A stretch of 64,000 nt of DNA from an uncultured Desulfobacter sp. Its GTDB lineage: Bacteria > Desulfobacterota > Desulfobacteria > Desulfobacterales > Desulfobacteraceae. The notes under the pieces are model-generated. The model was not told the DNA's origin and did not search any database. It was given only the letters and a program-made list of their open reading frames with translations. The stretch lies in contig OY762069.1 of the NCBI GenBank assembly GCA_963665095.1, positions 2,336,001 to 2,400,000 of the forward strand, given 5' to 3'. Below, piece after piece: positions 19,051 to 30,574 of the stretch. The stretch's first letter is position 1. Every line of letters begins with the position of its first letter. The position numbers and the translations under genes were made by a program.

Positions 19051-20337
19051 ATGCTTATAAATAAACCGCCTTTAAGTTTTATAACCAATTGGAAATCAAA
19101 TGCCACTGTCCATGATTTATGGTTTTATTTTCTGGCCAAGATTTTTCCCGGAATAGTTACGTTTGTCTTCCTGGCAGCTGCGGTCAAGACAATGACCAAT
19201 TCAGGTTATGGTCATTGGGCTTACATCATGTCATGCATTGTGTTTGCCTCGACTTTATGCTTCGGATGGATTACCCAGTCAATTTTATGTTTTTACAGCG
19301 GCACCAGCCATATATACAACAGGGCGTTAATGTATAAACTGCTCGGGCCGTCAATGATTACCGGGATGGCGATCTTTCTTGCGGCAATGATATTTCGCCG
19401 CACAGATGCACTGTTTCCCAATACAATTTTCCTGATGATGACCGCCTGTGCCATTGTGGCCGGAGAGGGGTGCTTTATGGTTATAATCGCCATGCTCCGT
19501 GCAGGCAGGCATTCCCGCCTTTTTTTCATCATATCGAGTCTGAAGGCATTTTTAACCTTAAGCCTGGCAATAGCCGGCAGCTGGGTTTCAGGAATCCAGC
19601 TTGCTTTGGTATTCTACTGTATTGGTTTGTTTATCGCTTTGGCCGTCTCCTTTGGTTACATCCGCCAGGTGTTTACTTTTAATGAGGAAAGCCCTGCTGC
19701 ATCCGGCACAAAAATGTTCCGGTTTGGCATATCCTTGTCTGTCTGGTTGGGCCTGTCTGCGTTGCTGCCTCTTCTTGACCGAAGTTTTCTCATGCATTTT
19801 CTGGGCGCAGAGAATACAGGCGTTTATTCCGCACTCTATGAGTTTACCATAAGAAGCTTCAGTGTCATCTTGTTTCCGGTGACACTGACAGTCCATCCGA
19901 TCATCATGGGAGCCTACAACAATAAGCAGAAACAGAAAGCGATAAATTACACACTGATGTCTCTGGCTTTTATGGCAACAGTGGCAGCATGCTACCTTCT
20001 GGTTTTATATTATATTTTCCCGTATCTGATGCACTATCTTAACGTCAAAGATATAGTGTCAGGGCGTCAGACAGGCATGCTGCTGGGAATAGGGGGAAGT
20101 TTCTGGCAGCTGGCGTTAATCGCGCACAAGCCACTGGAAATGATTCAGAAAACAGGGGTAATGATTAAAATTATGTTATTGGCCCTGGCTTTACATTTCA
20201 GCATATTATTAATGCTGATAAAGCCATTGGGAATTATCAGCCCCGCTGTTGCATATTGCAGCTCCGGTTTCCTTTATCTGGTATGCTGTCTGATCTTCAG
20301 CCACAAACTATTGAAAGCCCGGTCTAATAAAGCATAA
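19051..20337 (+). CDS. Wzx/RfbX-like oligosaccharide flippase
   Basis: About 12 TM helices; YGHWA early motif and LDRSFL..FLG...TGVYS motif of MOP/PST exporters. Confidence 0.7.
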   Translation: MLINKPPLSFITNWKSNATVHDLWFYFLAKIFPGIVTFVFLAAAVKTMTNSGYGHWAYIMSCIVFASTLCFGWITQSILCFYSGTSHIYNRALMYKLLGPSMITGMAIFLAAMIFRRTDALFPNTIFLMMTACAIVAGEGCFMVIIAMLRAGRHSRLFFIISSLKAFLTLSLAIAGSWVSGIQLALVFYCIGLFIALAVSFGYIRQVFTFNEESPAASGTKMFRFGISLSVWLGLSALLPLLDRSFLMHFLGAENTGVYSALYEFTIRSFSVILFPVTLTVHPIIMGAYNNKQKQKAINYTLMSLAFMATVAACYLLVLYYIFPYLMHYLNVKDIVSGRQTGMLLGIGGSFWQLALIAHKPLEMIQKTGVMIKIMLLALALHFSILLMLIKPLGIISPAVAYCSSGFLYLVCCLIFSHKLLKARSNKA

Positions 20338-20419
20338 ACCGCAAGAATATATCCAGCTGAGAATATTTTTTGTTCACGCCTGTCTGCTGCCAGATACATA
20401 GCGCACAGGAAGGAAAATT

Positions 20420-20699
20420 TGTTGCCACCCACTTCAGGGGGGGATACCGCCCGGATCAGCTTGCGGTTCACATCAAACACATCAGCCAGATATTTGTAAT
20501 GAATCCGGTCATCCCCATTGACAGCGGCAAGGATCCATGGGCCGTCCTTGATTTGAAAGACAACGGTTTTAATCAGATTGACAGTGAGGTGGGGCACGAT
20601 GGCATAGGCCTGGGCCACTGTCACCACCGGGTCATGATAATGGAGCTTAAAATCAACCCCGCTATGGTTTAGTATGGAATGGACTTTCTGAAATACCAT
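20420..20699 (-). pseudogene. Truncated YbaK/ProX-family aminoacyl-tRNA editing protein
   Basis: H..V.TVAQA, NLIKTVVF and LAAVNGDDRI match the N-terminal half. Similarity stops at about SPPEVGG, and neither shifted frame restores the expected C-terminus. Confidence 0.55.
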
Positions 20700-21045
20700 T
20701 TTTATTTGAGGACAACGCTGTACATCCAGCTGAAACAGGCCCCTGGCTCCTTGATTGAATAGTGTTCCAGTCCCATAACACCCCTTTGGACTTGCGCTAC
20801 AAGTTTCTCCTTTTCCTTGACATTTCCTGGTTCCAACGCCAAATAAATAAGCATCTTTATCTGAAAACAGGCAATTTTAAAAAGGATTAAAACAAATTGC
20901 CCTGGGTTGTTGCATTACGTGGATTATCACAAATGCGGTTGATGCAAATTACCCAACCAAGGATCAAATGACGGATCAAACGGATATGCCTGTCACAGCC
21001 GGAATATACCTTTTTCAACCTATATACCTGTATGGAAGAGATAAA

Positions 21046-21912
21046 ATGAAATATCTGAAAATATTTTTTTTATTTTCTTTGTTCACTGCTATCTGCTGCC
21101 AGGCCAATGACGCACAGGCGGACCGGCATATATCCATCCGGACCGACGTCCCCTATCTGGATGACGGCCATTTGCTGCATTGTTTGGATATATACTCTCC
21201 CGGCCAAACCACAAACCCATTGACAACGCTTTTCCATATTCACGGGGGCGGCTGGAAAATGGGCGATAAAAAGTTAATGGAAAAGACGGGCAGGTTTTAC
21301 GCATCCCGGAACGTTTTGTTCATTACGCCCAATTACCGCCTGACCCCTGAAGTGATGCACCCGGGCCATATTGAAGACTGTGCAGCGGCGCTGGCATGGG
21401 TGTTTGCCCATACCAAAAAGCTGGAGGCAGACCCTTCCCGGATTTTTATATCCGGACATTCAGCAGGCGCTCATTTAGCAGCGCTTTTGGGAACAGATCA
21501 TCAGTATCTGCAAAAAAACCATATATTGCCGGACAGTATTGCAGGCGTTATCTGCATTGATACGGCCAGTTTCAATCTTTTGGCAGCCAGCAATGGAATA
21601 TTTGTAAAAAAGCTGATTAACAATGCGTTTGGCAGCACTATTCCTGTGTTAGAAGGAGCATCCCCTTTTTATCAGGTCCAAAATAAACATTTTTATCCCG
21701 GATTTCTTATCCTGAATACAACCGATAGAAAAAATGCTGCCAGGCAAGGCCGTCTCTTTGCGGAAAAACTAACTGCAGCAGGAAGTTCTGCACGGTTTGT
21801 TCCTGTGGACAATCATACACACAGCGAAATGGCCCAGGGTATGTATGATATTTCAGATCCTGTGGCAAAAGCCATCCTGCAGTTTCTTTTTCAAGCCACG
21901 GATATAAAATAA
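21046..21912 (+). CDS. Exported alpha/beta hydrolase (HSL-family esterase)
   Basis: Signal peptide; LDIY, HGGGW, NYRL and GHSAG nucleophile elbow; C-terminal His. Confidence 0.88.
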   Translation: MKYLKIFFLFSLFTAICCQANDAQADRHISIRTDVPYLDDGHLLHCLDIYSPGQTTNPLTTLFHIHGGGWKMGDKKLMEKTGRFYASRNVLFITPNYRLTPEVMHPGHIEDCAAALAWVFAHTKKLEADPSRIFISGHSAGAHLAALLGTDHQYLQKNHILPDSIAGVICIDTASFNLLAASNGIFVKKLINNAFGSTIPVLEGASPFYQVQNKHFYPGFLILNTTDRKNAARQGRLFAEKLTAAGSSARFVPVDNHTHSEMAQGMYDISDPVAKAILQFLFQATDIK

Positions 21913-21957
21913 ACAAAAAACAGGGTGCCCCGCAATGAGGACGCCCTGTTTTTGTTT
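21911..21957. terminator. Bidirectional intrinsic terminator
   Basis: aaacaaaaaacagggtgccc...ggacgccctgtttttgttt inverted repeat between convergent genes. Confidence 0.8.
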
Positions 21958-21995
21958 ATCAGAAGTTTTCTTTAAAACTGGCTTGCGGTCTTTAT

Positions 21996-23417
21996 CTAAT
22001 ATGCAAATTTTTCCCTGAAAAAAGGAACCAGTTCATCTATTTTCATGCGCTGCTGATCCATGGAATCCCTCTCCCGGATGGTAACGGCATTGTCGTCAAG
22101 GGATTCATAATCAAAGGTAACGCAATAGGGGGTACCGGCTTCATCCTGGCGGCGGTAGCGTTTGCCGATACTGCCCTGGACATCAAAATCCATATTCAGT
22201 CCCAGTTGTTTTACCAGGGTATTAAATACATTTTCAGCGCCGTCAGCAATTTTCTTGGCCAGAGGCAGCACCGCAATTTTCACCGGGGCCAGCTGGTTGT
22301 GCAAATGCAGGACCACACGGGTATCGCCTTCCTTGATCTCCTCCTCTTCATAGGCATCGCACAGGAAGACCAGCGCAGAACGCTGAACCCCGAGAGACGG
22401 CTCAATGACAAAGGGGATATATTTTTCCTTGGCTGCCTCGTCAAAATACTGCAGATCCTTGGAGGAGTGTTCCATATGCTGTTTGAGATCGTAGTTGGTC
22501 CGGGAAGCAATGCCGCACAACTCCCCCCAGCCGAACGGATATTGGTATTCAATATCAGCAGTGGCATTGGAGTAGTGGGACAGCTCTGCCTTGTCATGGT
22601 CACGGAACCTCAAATTATCCGGGTTGACACCTAAACCAAGATACCACTCCATGCAGAAATGCTTCCAGAAATCATGGATCTCAAGTTCGGTACCGGGTTT
22701 GCAGAAATACTCAATTTCCATCTGCTCAAACTCCCGGGTCCTGAACACAAAATTACCCGGAGTGATCTCGTTTCTAAAGGCTTTCCCGATCTGGGCAATG
22801 CCAAAAGGCACCTTTTTGCGGGAGGTGGTCTGGATATTCTTAAAGTTGACAAAAATACCCTGGGCCGTTTCAGGCCGCAGATAGATATCTTTTCCTTCGC
22901 CCTCCACAACCCCCTGCTGGGTCTTAAACATCAGGTTAAAGGCCTTGGGCAGGGTCCAGTCCAGTCCGCCGCACTGGGGACAGGTAATATTTTTGGTATT
23001 AATGAAATCCAGCATGTCCTGGGGCGGGGTTTTTTCCCCAGCCCAGTTGGCAGGCTGCTCATCAGAGGCGTTTTCATGCTGCCAGTTTTCCACCAGCTTG
23101 TCAGCCCGTTCCCGGGATTTACATTTTTTACAGTCCATCAGGGGATCGGAAAAACTGCCCACATGGCCCGAGGCTTCCCAGGTAGAGGGATTCATGAGAA
23201 TAGCCGCATCCAGGCCCACCATGTCAGTCCGTTCGATAACAAATTTTTTCCACCAGGCATCTTTCAGGTTTTTAAGCAGCTCCACACCCAGAGGGCCGAA
23301 ATCCCAGGCATTGGCAAGTCCGCCGTAAATTTCAGATCCCGGGTATACAAATCCCCTGCGTTTGGAAAGCCCGACAACTTTGTCCATCAATGTTGCTTCT
23401 TTTTTCGGTTTCGCCAT
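21996..23417 (-). CDS. glyQS: Glycine--tRNA ligase, homodimeric (alpha2) type
   Basis: [41 protein letters not shown] and [11 protein letters not shown] motifs. Confidence 0.97.
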   Translation of the reverse strand: MAKPKKEATLMDKVVGLSKRRGFVYPGSEIYGGLANAWDFGPLGVELLKNLKDAWWKKFVIERTDMVGLDAAILMNPSTWEASGHVGSFSDPLMDCKKCKSRERADKLVENWQHENASDEQPANWAGEKTPPQDMLDFINTKNITCPQCGGLDWTLPKAFNLMFKTQQGVVEGEGKDIYLRPETAQGIFVNFKNIQTTSRKKVPFGIAQIGKAFRNEITPGNFVFRTREFEQMEIEYFCKPGTELEIHDFWKHFCMEWYLGLGVNPDNLRFRDHDKAELSHYSNATADIEYQYPFGWGELCGIASRTNYDLKQHMEHSSKDLQYFDEAAKEKYIPFVIEPSLGVQRSALVFLCDAYEEEEIKEGDTRVVLHLHNQLAPVKIAVLPLAKKIADGAENVFNTLVKQLGLNMDFDVQGSIGKRYRRQDEAGTPYCVTFDYESLDDNAVTIRERDSMDQQRMKIDELVPFFREKFAY

Positions 23418-23721
23418 TTTTTTACTCCATGTTCCAGGACCGCCCGGATGGTGTCCGGGGCCAACCCTTTAAATAGTATCAATAATTTTACATTAGCTGA
23501 TTTTTTACTTAAAAAGATATTGAATATACATGATTTTTATATTTTGCTGAACCATTTTTTTCAAGTGTGACTGCCGGATGTACCCGGAATTTTTAAAAAC
23601 CGTGGCCCCGGAACTGGAATTTTGACGTTATCCCTGTCAGACAGACTTGAAAACCCGCAGGAAAAGCTTAGCTTATAACTCCGTAACGTGGAACGAATTT
23701 TAATTTTAAAGGAGATCGCCC

Positions 23722-24420
23722 TTGCTGACACAGACCATTACATTCCCGGCAGCCTTTGCCGCAGGCCTTTTATCTTTTCTGTCGCCCTGTGTGCTGCCGC
23801 TGATCCCGGCCTATTTCAGTTTTATCACAGGGCTCTCCCTGGACGAGCTTACGGCGGATAACCGTGCAGTGCGCAGAAAAGTCATCCTCTCCACCCTGGC
23901 CTATGTGGCAGGTTTCTCTTCCATCTTTATCCTGCTTGGGGCCTCTGCCTCATTTATCGGCGGGCTGGCTTCGCAGTACTCCTGGGCCCTGCGGTATGTG
24001 GGCGGCGGTATCATTCTGGTGTTCGGGCTGCATCTGCTCGGGATAATCAACATCAAAGGGTTCCAGTTTGAGCGGCGGTTTCATGTCAAGGAGACGCCCT
24101 TTCACCTGTTTGGGACCTTTCTTATCGGCATGGCCTTTGGCGCGGGCTGGAGCCCCTGCATCGGCCCCATGCTGGGCAGTATTCTCATTGTGGCCGGAAG
24201 CCAGGATACCGTGCTGAAAGGCGTGCTTCTGCTGGCCACCTATTCTGCCGGCATGGCGCTCCCCTTTATTCTGATATCCATTTTTATCAATTCCATGCTC
24301 TCCTTTATGAAAAAGGCCAGGCGGGTCATGGGCATTATCAATAAGTGTGCAGGCGGCCTTCTTATTGCCATCGGCCTTTTACTCATCTTTGATAAATTCC
24401 GGATGCTTGCGGCTTTCTAA
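23722..24420 (+). CDS. ccdA: Cytochrome c biogenesis / disulfide reductase CcdA
   Basis: SFLSPCVLPLIP and GWSPCIGP motifs; TTG start after AAGGAG. Confidence 0.92.
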   Translation: MLTQTITFPAAFAAGLLSFLSPCVLPLIPAYFSFITGLSLDELTADNRAVRRKVILSTLAYVAGFSSIFILLGASASFIGGLASQYSWALRYVGGGIILVFGLHLLGIINIKGFQFERRFHVKETPFHLFGTFLIGMAFGAGWSPCIGPMLGSILIVAGSQDTVLKGVLLLATYSAGMALPFILISIFINSMLSFMKKARRVMGIINKCAGGLLIAIGLLLIFDKFRMLAAF

Positions 24421-24466
24421 CCAAGCTTGGCCATTACCCTTTTAATACATTTTCGGATCAAGCATT

Positions 24467-25684
24467 GTGACAACACGTCCGCACGCATTTAACACCTTTA
24501 TCGGGGTGGCCACTGCCAGTAAACTGCTGGTGAATACAGCCCGTCGCATGGTATATCCCTTTGCCCCGGCCTTTGCCCGGGCCCTTGGGGTGCCGCTGAC
24601 CGCCATCACCTCTTTGATTGCGCTGAACCAGGCCACGGCCGTACTTGGTCCTTTAGGGGCCATGTTCGCCGACCGCTACGGGTACAAACCAGTCCTGCTT
24701 CTATCTGTTTTTTTATGTTTTATCGGATGTGCCATGGCCGGCATTTTCCCTGTATACGCTGTACTTATGGTCGGGCTGTTTCTGGCCGGTCTTGCCAAAA
24801 GCCTGTTTGACCCCAGCCTGCAGGCCCTGATCGGAGACCAGGTCCCCTACAGGCAGAGGGGAAAGTTCATCGGTATTACGGAGACCTCATGGGCAGGCGC
24901 CACCCTTTTAACCATCCCTGCCGCAGGGCTGCTCATGGCGCATTTTTCATGGCAGGTCCCGTTCAGAATTATTGCGGTACTCACCCTGGTCTGTTTTTTT
25001 CTGCTGGTTAAACTGATCCCGGGACCTGCCCCAGGAACCCGACACAGCGGCCCGGCAGACACAGCCCTGTCACCGCCCCCCACTGCCGGTTCGCACCGGG
25101 TGAACTGGAAAGCCCTTATCCGGGAAAAAAAAGTGGCAGCACTTCTGGCCTTTGCCTTTTTCATGTCCCTGGGCAATGACAATCTGTTTGTGGTGTACGG
25201 GGCCTGGCTTGAATCCGCCTGCGGGCTTTCGCTTGCCAGCATTGGCCTGAGCACCATCCTCATTGGCGTGGCCGAACTCCTTGCCGAAGGGGGCAGTGCA
25301 CTTTTTTCCGACCGCATGGGCCTTAAACGCGCCGTGACCATAGGCACGGCATTCACAGCCCTGACCTATCTTTTATTACCCTTCACCGCCCTGGATACAA
25401 AATTTATCCTGGCCGGACTTTTTACCCTGTTTTTCTTTTTTGAATTCACCATTGTCACCTCCATGGGCCTTGGCACGGAATTGATACCTGAATCCCGGGC
25501 AACCACCATGGCAGCCTTTTATGCGGTGGGCGGCCTTGGCAGGATCATCGGGGCCTTTTCAGGCGGACTGATCTGGTCCGGCTTCGGCATCAAAGGCATC
25601 TGTCTGGTATCCGGCGTCTGTTCTGTGCTGGCGCTGGCTGCTCTGATTACAGGTATTGGCGGGAAAAAACCCAAAATATCGTAA
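24467..25684 (+). CDS. MFS transporter
   Basis: Motif A GAMFADRYGYK and the repeat SDRMGLKR; about 12 TM helices. Confidence 0.88.
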   Translation: MTTRPHAFNTFIGVATASKLLVNTARRMVYPFAPAFARALGVPLTAITSLIALNQATAVLGPLGAMFADRYGYKPVLLLSVFLCFIGCAMAGIFPVYAVLMVGLFLAGLAKSLFDPSLQALIGDQVPYRQRGKFIGITETSWAGATLLTIPAAGLLMAHFSWQVPFRIIAVLTLVCFFLLVKLIPGPAPGTRHSGPADTALSPPPTAGSHRVNWKALIREKKVAALLAFAFFMSLGNDNLFVVYGAWLESACGLSLASIGLSTILIGVAELLAEGGSALFSDRMGLKRAVTIGTAFTALTYLLLPFTALDTKFILAGLFTLFFFFEFTIVTSMGLGTELIPESRATTMAAFYAVGGLGRIIGAFSGGLIWSGFGIKGICLVSGVCSVLALAALITGIGGKKPKIS

Positions 25685-25872
25685 GACACGCCTGACCCCT
25701 GCCAACACAATAAAAGCTTTGACAAACTTTTTTTGTTATTACATATTGACACGGACATAATCATTTTTAGTCTTAGGTATGTACCATAACTGATAAAATG
25801 CCATGCTCTGGAATTGGTTGTTCATGACAGACTGGCTGCAGAAAATAAAAACAGTCATTATGAGGATAAAAA

Positions 25873-26073
25873 ATGGAGAAGCACCTGAAAGTTGAAGGCA
25901 TGTCCTGCAAGCATTGTGTGAACCGGGTTAAAAAATATCTGGAAACCGTTGGTTCGGATGTATCCGTGGATCTGGAAGGCAAAAAGGCGGTATTTAATGC
26001 CGGAGATGACCTGAATATAGATACGGTCATTAAAGACATTTCCGAATTCGGCTTTACCGTAACAGAGCTTTAG
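25873..26073 (+). CDS. copZ: Copper chaperone (HMA domain)
   Basis: GMSCKHC motif, 66 aa, directly upstream of copA. Confidence 0.9.
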   Translation: MEKHLKVEGMSCKHCVNRVKKYLETVGSDVSVDLEGKKAVFNAGDDLNIDTVIKDISEFGFTVTEL

Positions 26074-26122
26074 AACTGTTTATAACCGGTATCTGCACCT
26101 TATTAACTGTGAGTTTACACCT

Positions 26123-28597
26123 ATGACAACCGCCTGCGAAATAGAGGTATACGGCATGATGTGCATGCACTGTGAAAATGCCGTAAAAAAAGCACTGGAA
26201 AAATTTGACGGGGTCAGTGATGTGGCGGCCTCCTTTGAACAGAACAGGGTAACCCTGGCACTGGCCGACGGATCGTCTATCCTGGAAGATCTCAAGGCCG
26301 CCATTGTGGAGGAGGGCTATTTTCTGACCCCGGAAGCGGCCGCAGCAGATGCCCGGGCGGATGACACGGCCCCCCAGGAGTCCCGGACAGATGATGCCAA
26401 ATCCCTTTGCAACATCAGTTTTTCAATCCAGGGCATGCACTGCGCCAATTGCGCCCTGGCCATTGAAAAGGCCTTTGCCCGAACCGACGGGGTGTCAGAT
26501 ACCACCATCAACCTGCCCCTTGAAAAGGGATTTGTCGCCTATGATCCTGAGATTCTGGATGAACAGAAGGTGCTGGATGTGGTGAAAAATGCAGGATACA
26601 GCGCTGCTTTAGAAACAGACCAGGACCCGGCTGCCGGCAGCAGCGAAAAATTCAGGTTCCTGTTTGCCCTGTGTGTCACGGTGCCCATGATGGCAATTAT
26701 GCATTTCTCCCCTTTCAGTGCTGCGACAACCAATATAATCTTAGGAATTATGGCCACTGCCGTCATGATTGTTTCAGGCAGGACCTTTTTTGAAGGGGCT
26801 TATTACTCCTTGAAAAACCGCCTGGCCAACATGGATGTGCTCATCAGTTTAGGGGTGTCTGCGGCCTATTTTTACAGCCTGTTCTCCCTGATTTTTCTTG
26901 ACCCTTCCCAGATGCTCTTTTTTGACAGTTCCGCCATGCTGATCACCTTTATCATGATCGGAAAAATGCTCGAAGCCCAGGCCAAGGGTAAAACCAGCCA
27001 GGCATTAAAAACCCTTCTGGCGCTTAATGCAGATACAGCCCGGGTGATCTCAAACGGCCAGGAGAATGCTGTGGATGTGGCCCTGGTACAACCGGGCGAC
27101 AGGGTACGGGTACTGGCCGGAGAAAAAATTCCTGTGGACGGCAAGGTGATGGAGGGTGACACTTCTGTGGATGAATCCATGCTCACAGGGGAGTCCTTTC
27201 CGGTTGCAAAATCCGTGGGCGGCACCGTGACCGGGGCCACCATCAACCTGTCAGCCCCCATCATCATCACCACCACAGCCACGGGCGCTGATACGGTACT
27301 TGCCGGTATTATCAAACTGGTGGAGGATGCCCAGGCAGATAAAGCCCCCATCCAGCGGGTGGCAGATACCGCCTCCAATATATTTGTGCCTGTGGTAACA
27401 GCCGTATCTCTGATCACCTTTGCCATCTGGTATCTGGGCGCCCCTTCAGTGATTCCACAGGCATCATCCCCGTTTCTGTTTGCCTTTGAACGGATGATTG
27501 CCGTGCTGGTCATTGCCTGCCCCTGCGCCCTGGGCCTTGCTACGCCCACAGCCATCATGGTGGGGTCCGGCCTTGGGCTTAAACGGGGAATTTTATTCAA
27601 AAAGGCCTCTGCCCTGGAAAATATATCCCGGCTGGATATGATATTATTTGATAAAACAGGGACACTGACAACGGGAAAGCCCTCAGTTACCGATGTCTGC
27701 CCTAGCGCCGGTGTCACAGAAGAGACGCTTTTGTCCCTGGCTGCCAGTGCGGAAAACAACTCCTCCCATCCCCTGGCACCGGCAGTGCTTGAGGCGGCAA
27801 ATGCCAAAAACATTCATCCTGAATCCACCACCGTGCCAAAGGAGATCCCGGGCCATGGTATAGAGTGCACCTTTAACAATATGCAGCTTAAGGCCGGCAA
27901 CCTGAAACTGATGGCAGAAGACGCAATGCCCGATGATCTGCACAAAAAGGCAAATGCCCTGGCTAAAGAGGGTAAAAGCCTGGTATTCGTCAGTCTGGAT
28001 CACCAGATTAAAGGGGTGGTGGCCCTGGCAGACAGGGTGAAATCCGAAGCAAAAGAGACCATTGAACGTCTGCATGCCGCGGGCATTAAAACAGCCCTGG
28101 TATCCGGGGATAACCGGACAGCGGCACAGTGGGCTGCCAGCCAGGTCGGCATAACGCAAGTAGAGGCCCAGGTGCTGCCGGAAGACAAGATCAACCAGGT
28201 AAAAAAATGGCAGGCTAAGGGATTGAAAGTGGCCATGGTGGGAGACGGCATCAATGATGCCCCGGCCCTGGCCCAGGCAGATATCGGCATCGCCATCGGC
28301 TCGGGTACGGATGTGGCAAAGGAGACCTGCGAAGTGGTGCTGGTAAAAAATAATTTAAAGGATGTGGACCGGGCGGTTCGACTGGGCCGCAAAACCCTAT
28401 CGACCATAAAGCGTAACTTTTTCTGGGCTTTTTTCTACAACATCCTGATGATTCCTGTGGCAGCCGGTGCGCTCTATCCGGCCTTGGGAATGACACTGAC
28501 CCCGGAAGCAGCCAGTATTGCCATGTGGTTTTCATCCCTGTCTGTTGTGGGCAACTCTCTTCTGCTCAACCGGTTTGCCAGGCATCTGGATACTTAG
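26123..28597 (+). CDS. copA: Cu(I)-translocating P1B-type ATPase
   Basis: Two HMA domains (GMMCMHC, GMHCANC); [26 protein letters not shown] and MxxSS. Confidence 0.96.
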   Translation: MTTACEIEVYGMMCMHCENAVKKALEKFDGVSDVAASFEQNRVTLALADGSSILEDLKAAIVEEGYFLTPEAAAADARADDTAPQESRTDDAKSLCNISFSIQGMHCANCALAIEKAFARTDGVSDTTINLPLEKGFVAYDPEILDEQKVLDVVKNAGYSAALETDQDPAAGSSEKFRFLFALCVTVPMMAIMHFSPFSAATTNIILGIMATAVMIVSGRTFFEGAYYSLKNRLANMDVLISLGVSAAYFYSLFSLIFLDPSQMLFFDSSAMLITFIMIGKMLEAQAKGKTSQALKTLLALNADTARVISNGQENAVDVALVQPGDRVRVLAGEKIPVDGKVMEGDTSVDESMLTGESFPVAKSVGGTVTGATINLSAPIIITTTATGADTVLAGIIKLVEDAQADKAPIQRVADTASNIFVPVVTAVSLITFAIWYLGAPSVIPQASSPFLFAFERMIAVLVIACPCALGLATPTAIMVGSGLGLKRGILFKKASALENISRLDMILFDKTGTLTTGKPSVTDVCPSAGVTEETLLSLAASAENNSSHPLAPAVLEAANAKNIHPESTTVPKEIPGHGIECTFNNMQLKAGNLKLMAEDAMPDDLHKKANALAKEGKSLVFVSLDHQIKGVVALADRVKSEAKETIERLHAAGIKTALVSGDNRTAAQWAASQVGITQVEAQVLPEDKINQVKKWQAKGLKVAMVGDGINDAPALAQADIGIAIGSGTDVAKETCEVVLVKNNLKDVDRAVRLGRKTLSTIKRNFFWAFFYNILMIPVAAGALYPALGMTLTPEAASIAMWFSSLSVVGNSLLLNRFARHLDT

Positions 28598-28759
28598 GAC
28601 CGCAAATTTTATAAAGCGACCAAAATTACTTGTTCTTTGACTCATCTACTGCGTTGCATAAAAGGCCAAATAGCTCTACTATTGAACCTTTTATGCGCCT
28701 TGTATATGAGCCAAAGCCCGGCGCAATTTTGCTCACTTTATTTCATCTGAGGTCCTTAA
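28594..28759. repeat. ~165-bp imperfect palindrome, MITE/REP-like element
   Basis: Nested inverted arms: aggacc/ggtcct, taaagcga/tcacttta, caaaatt/aattttg, ctttg/caaag, ctcat/atgag, gcataaaagg/ccttttatgc, aatag/ctatt. Confidence 0.75.
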
Positions 28760-28893
28760 GGGGCATGGGCTTAAACCAAAAAACAGACACACTGGGATCT
28801 GCCTTTTCCCGTTAATACCCTGCGGGCTGGTAACATGGAAAAATCCATTCAATTCTCTTATGGCTGCCGGATTGACCTGGTCTGATTCCAGAA

Positions 28894-29456
28894 TTAACGG
28901 CTGAGAATAAAGACCTGCCCGTATTCTGGCCGAAACTCCAGAAGTCGGCTGAAAGATATGCCTGCCCACAGACAGGCCATCAAACGAATGACACCACTGT
29001 GGGTGATTACCAGCACAGGGCCGGACAAACTACTGGGGGCCTTGGTGAAAAGAGTTTCAAAAAAGGGCATCACCCGCGTTTTCACGTCCTCAAAGCTTTC
29101 GCCCCCGGGGGGATGAAACCGATAAATATCTTTGCCCCGCTGGTCAAAGGCATCAGGGAATCGCTGTTTCACCAGATCAAAGCTCAAGTTCTCCCACGCG
29201 CCCAAATGAATTTCATTCAGGCGTTCATCTGCAATAACAGCCCGGGCGGGGCAGCAATGGTCTGCTGTCTGGTGGGTGCGCAACAGCCCGGACACATAAA
29301 TGCGTTCAAATCCGATGTCATCAAATACCGGTTTCCAGCTTTCGGCCTGGACAATGCCTTCGGGATTGAGGGACAGATCGGACTGTCCGATAAAGCGTTT
29401 ATCGCCTTTCCCAAGAATCCGGCCATGGCGCATCAGGCAGACTTTCAGCCCGTCAT
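28894..29456 (-). CDS. Histidine phosphatase (CobC/phosphoglycerate mutase-like); start possibly frameshifted
   Basis: RHG, GQSD..L, LNEIHLGAWE, PPGGES and VITHSG. The nearest in-frame ATG is 29433; the coupled ATG at 29456 is one base out of frame. Confidence 0.82.
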
Positions 29457-30574
29457 TTGAGGATATCTTCGACAGATCGCCCGGTAAGTGTTTCGATCCG
29501 GGCATGTATGTACCGTGCAGCTTCAAGGCGCTGAACAATCCTTTCTTTTGCATGGGGATAAAGATCTGCTTTTTTGCAGAACCGTGATTCATAATCCAGG
29601 TGCAGGCAATCCCCGGTGCATACCTTATCCGCAAAATAGACGATCTCTTTTTCACCCGGGTCCGGGGCGGGATTCAAAAGCGTCATATGACTGCCTGCAA
29701 TATCTGCGATCTTTGGGAATCCCAAGGCCTTAAGATATGCTCCGCCTGCCTGGTCATGACGGGGCTCTTTTTTCTTTATATCGTGAAGAAGTGCCCCTGC
29801 CCGAATTACATCCAGATCCAGCTCTGGCAGGGCCGGCAGCAGAGCCAGGGCCAGGGCCTGGGCAGTTTTTTCAACAATAAGCAGATGGGCTCTGATTTCT
29901 TCTTCCCGGCCCAGCTCAGCATCTATGATGGAGAGGCACTCCTCACGGTGGGGCACCTGCCTGAGCCTGAACTGCTGTTGAACCTCGGCATATCCTGCCG
30001 GTCTATCCGCGTCCATGAGGATACCTTTGTCATGAACCGCCACAGACCGGGTCTGACCTGAAAAAAGGATATTCCGCAATGTGATATCCGGGCCGGCATC
30101 TCTGATAGCCGGGATAATACCTGCCGGAATCACAGGGGGGTGGCCTGTCCGGCCTGAAAATTCCGGAATAACCGGTAGTTCAGGGGCTTTCCAAAACGCA
30201 TCCCGGACTTGTTCTATAGTTGAGGGACGCACTGCCGGGATATCCACGGGCAGCAGAAAAAACCCTGGACTTTCAGGGTTCAGGGCCATGGCTCCGGCTC
30301 TTATGGAGGTAAACATACCCTGATTATAATCAGGATTGAACACGGCCCTGGCGCCTGCGTCCAGGACAACCGGTTCCAGAAGCTCCCGGTTGTGGCCGAT
30401 GACGACCACAACATCCCGGATACCTGCCCCATGAAAAAGATCAATCACCACCCGGATCATGGGTTGGCCGTCCATGTCCAGCAGCGGCTTGAAGTCAGGT
30501 GCCATGCGCGATGACAATCCTGCCGCCGGGATCAGGGCTGACAGGCCGGTGCGCGAATGGGTTTCCGCCACCAT
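29453..30574 (-). CDS. MocA/MobA-like NTP transferase fused to an HD domain (DVU_1551-like)
   Basis: PAAGLSSRM..FKPLL, NPDY.QGMFTSI, LPVDIP and GHPP, followed by ALLHDI and VYFADK. ATG overlaps the upstream TGA. Confidence 0.88.
   Translation of the reverse strand: MVAETHSRTGLSALIPAAGLSSRMAPDFKPLLDMDGQPMIRVVIDLFHGAGIRDVVVVIGHNRELLEPVVLDAGARAVFNPDYNQGMFTSIRAGAMALNPESPGFFLLPVDIPAVRPSTIEQVRDAFWKAPELPVIPEFSGRTGHPPVIPAGIIPAIRDAGPDITLRNILFSGQTRSVAVHDKGILMDADRPAGYAEVQQQFRLRQVPHREECLSIIDAELGREEEIRAHLLIVEKTAQALALALLPALPELDLDVIRAGALLHDIKKKEPRHDQAGGAYLKALGFPKIADIAGSHMTLLNPAPDPGEKEIVYFADKVCTGDCLHLDYESRFCKKADLYPHAKERIVQRLEAARYIHARIETLTGRSVEDILK

Noticed and set aside
22659..23570. 303-aa ORF antisense to glyQS
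   Set aside because: Shadow ORF of a conserved gene with no recognisable motifs.
23418..23721. T-box or other leader upstream of glyQS
   Set aside because: Only one short GC hairpin; no T-box motif or terminator/antiterminator.
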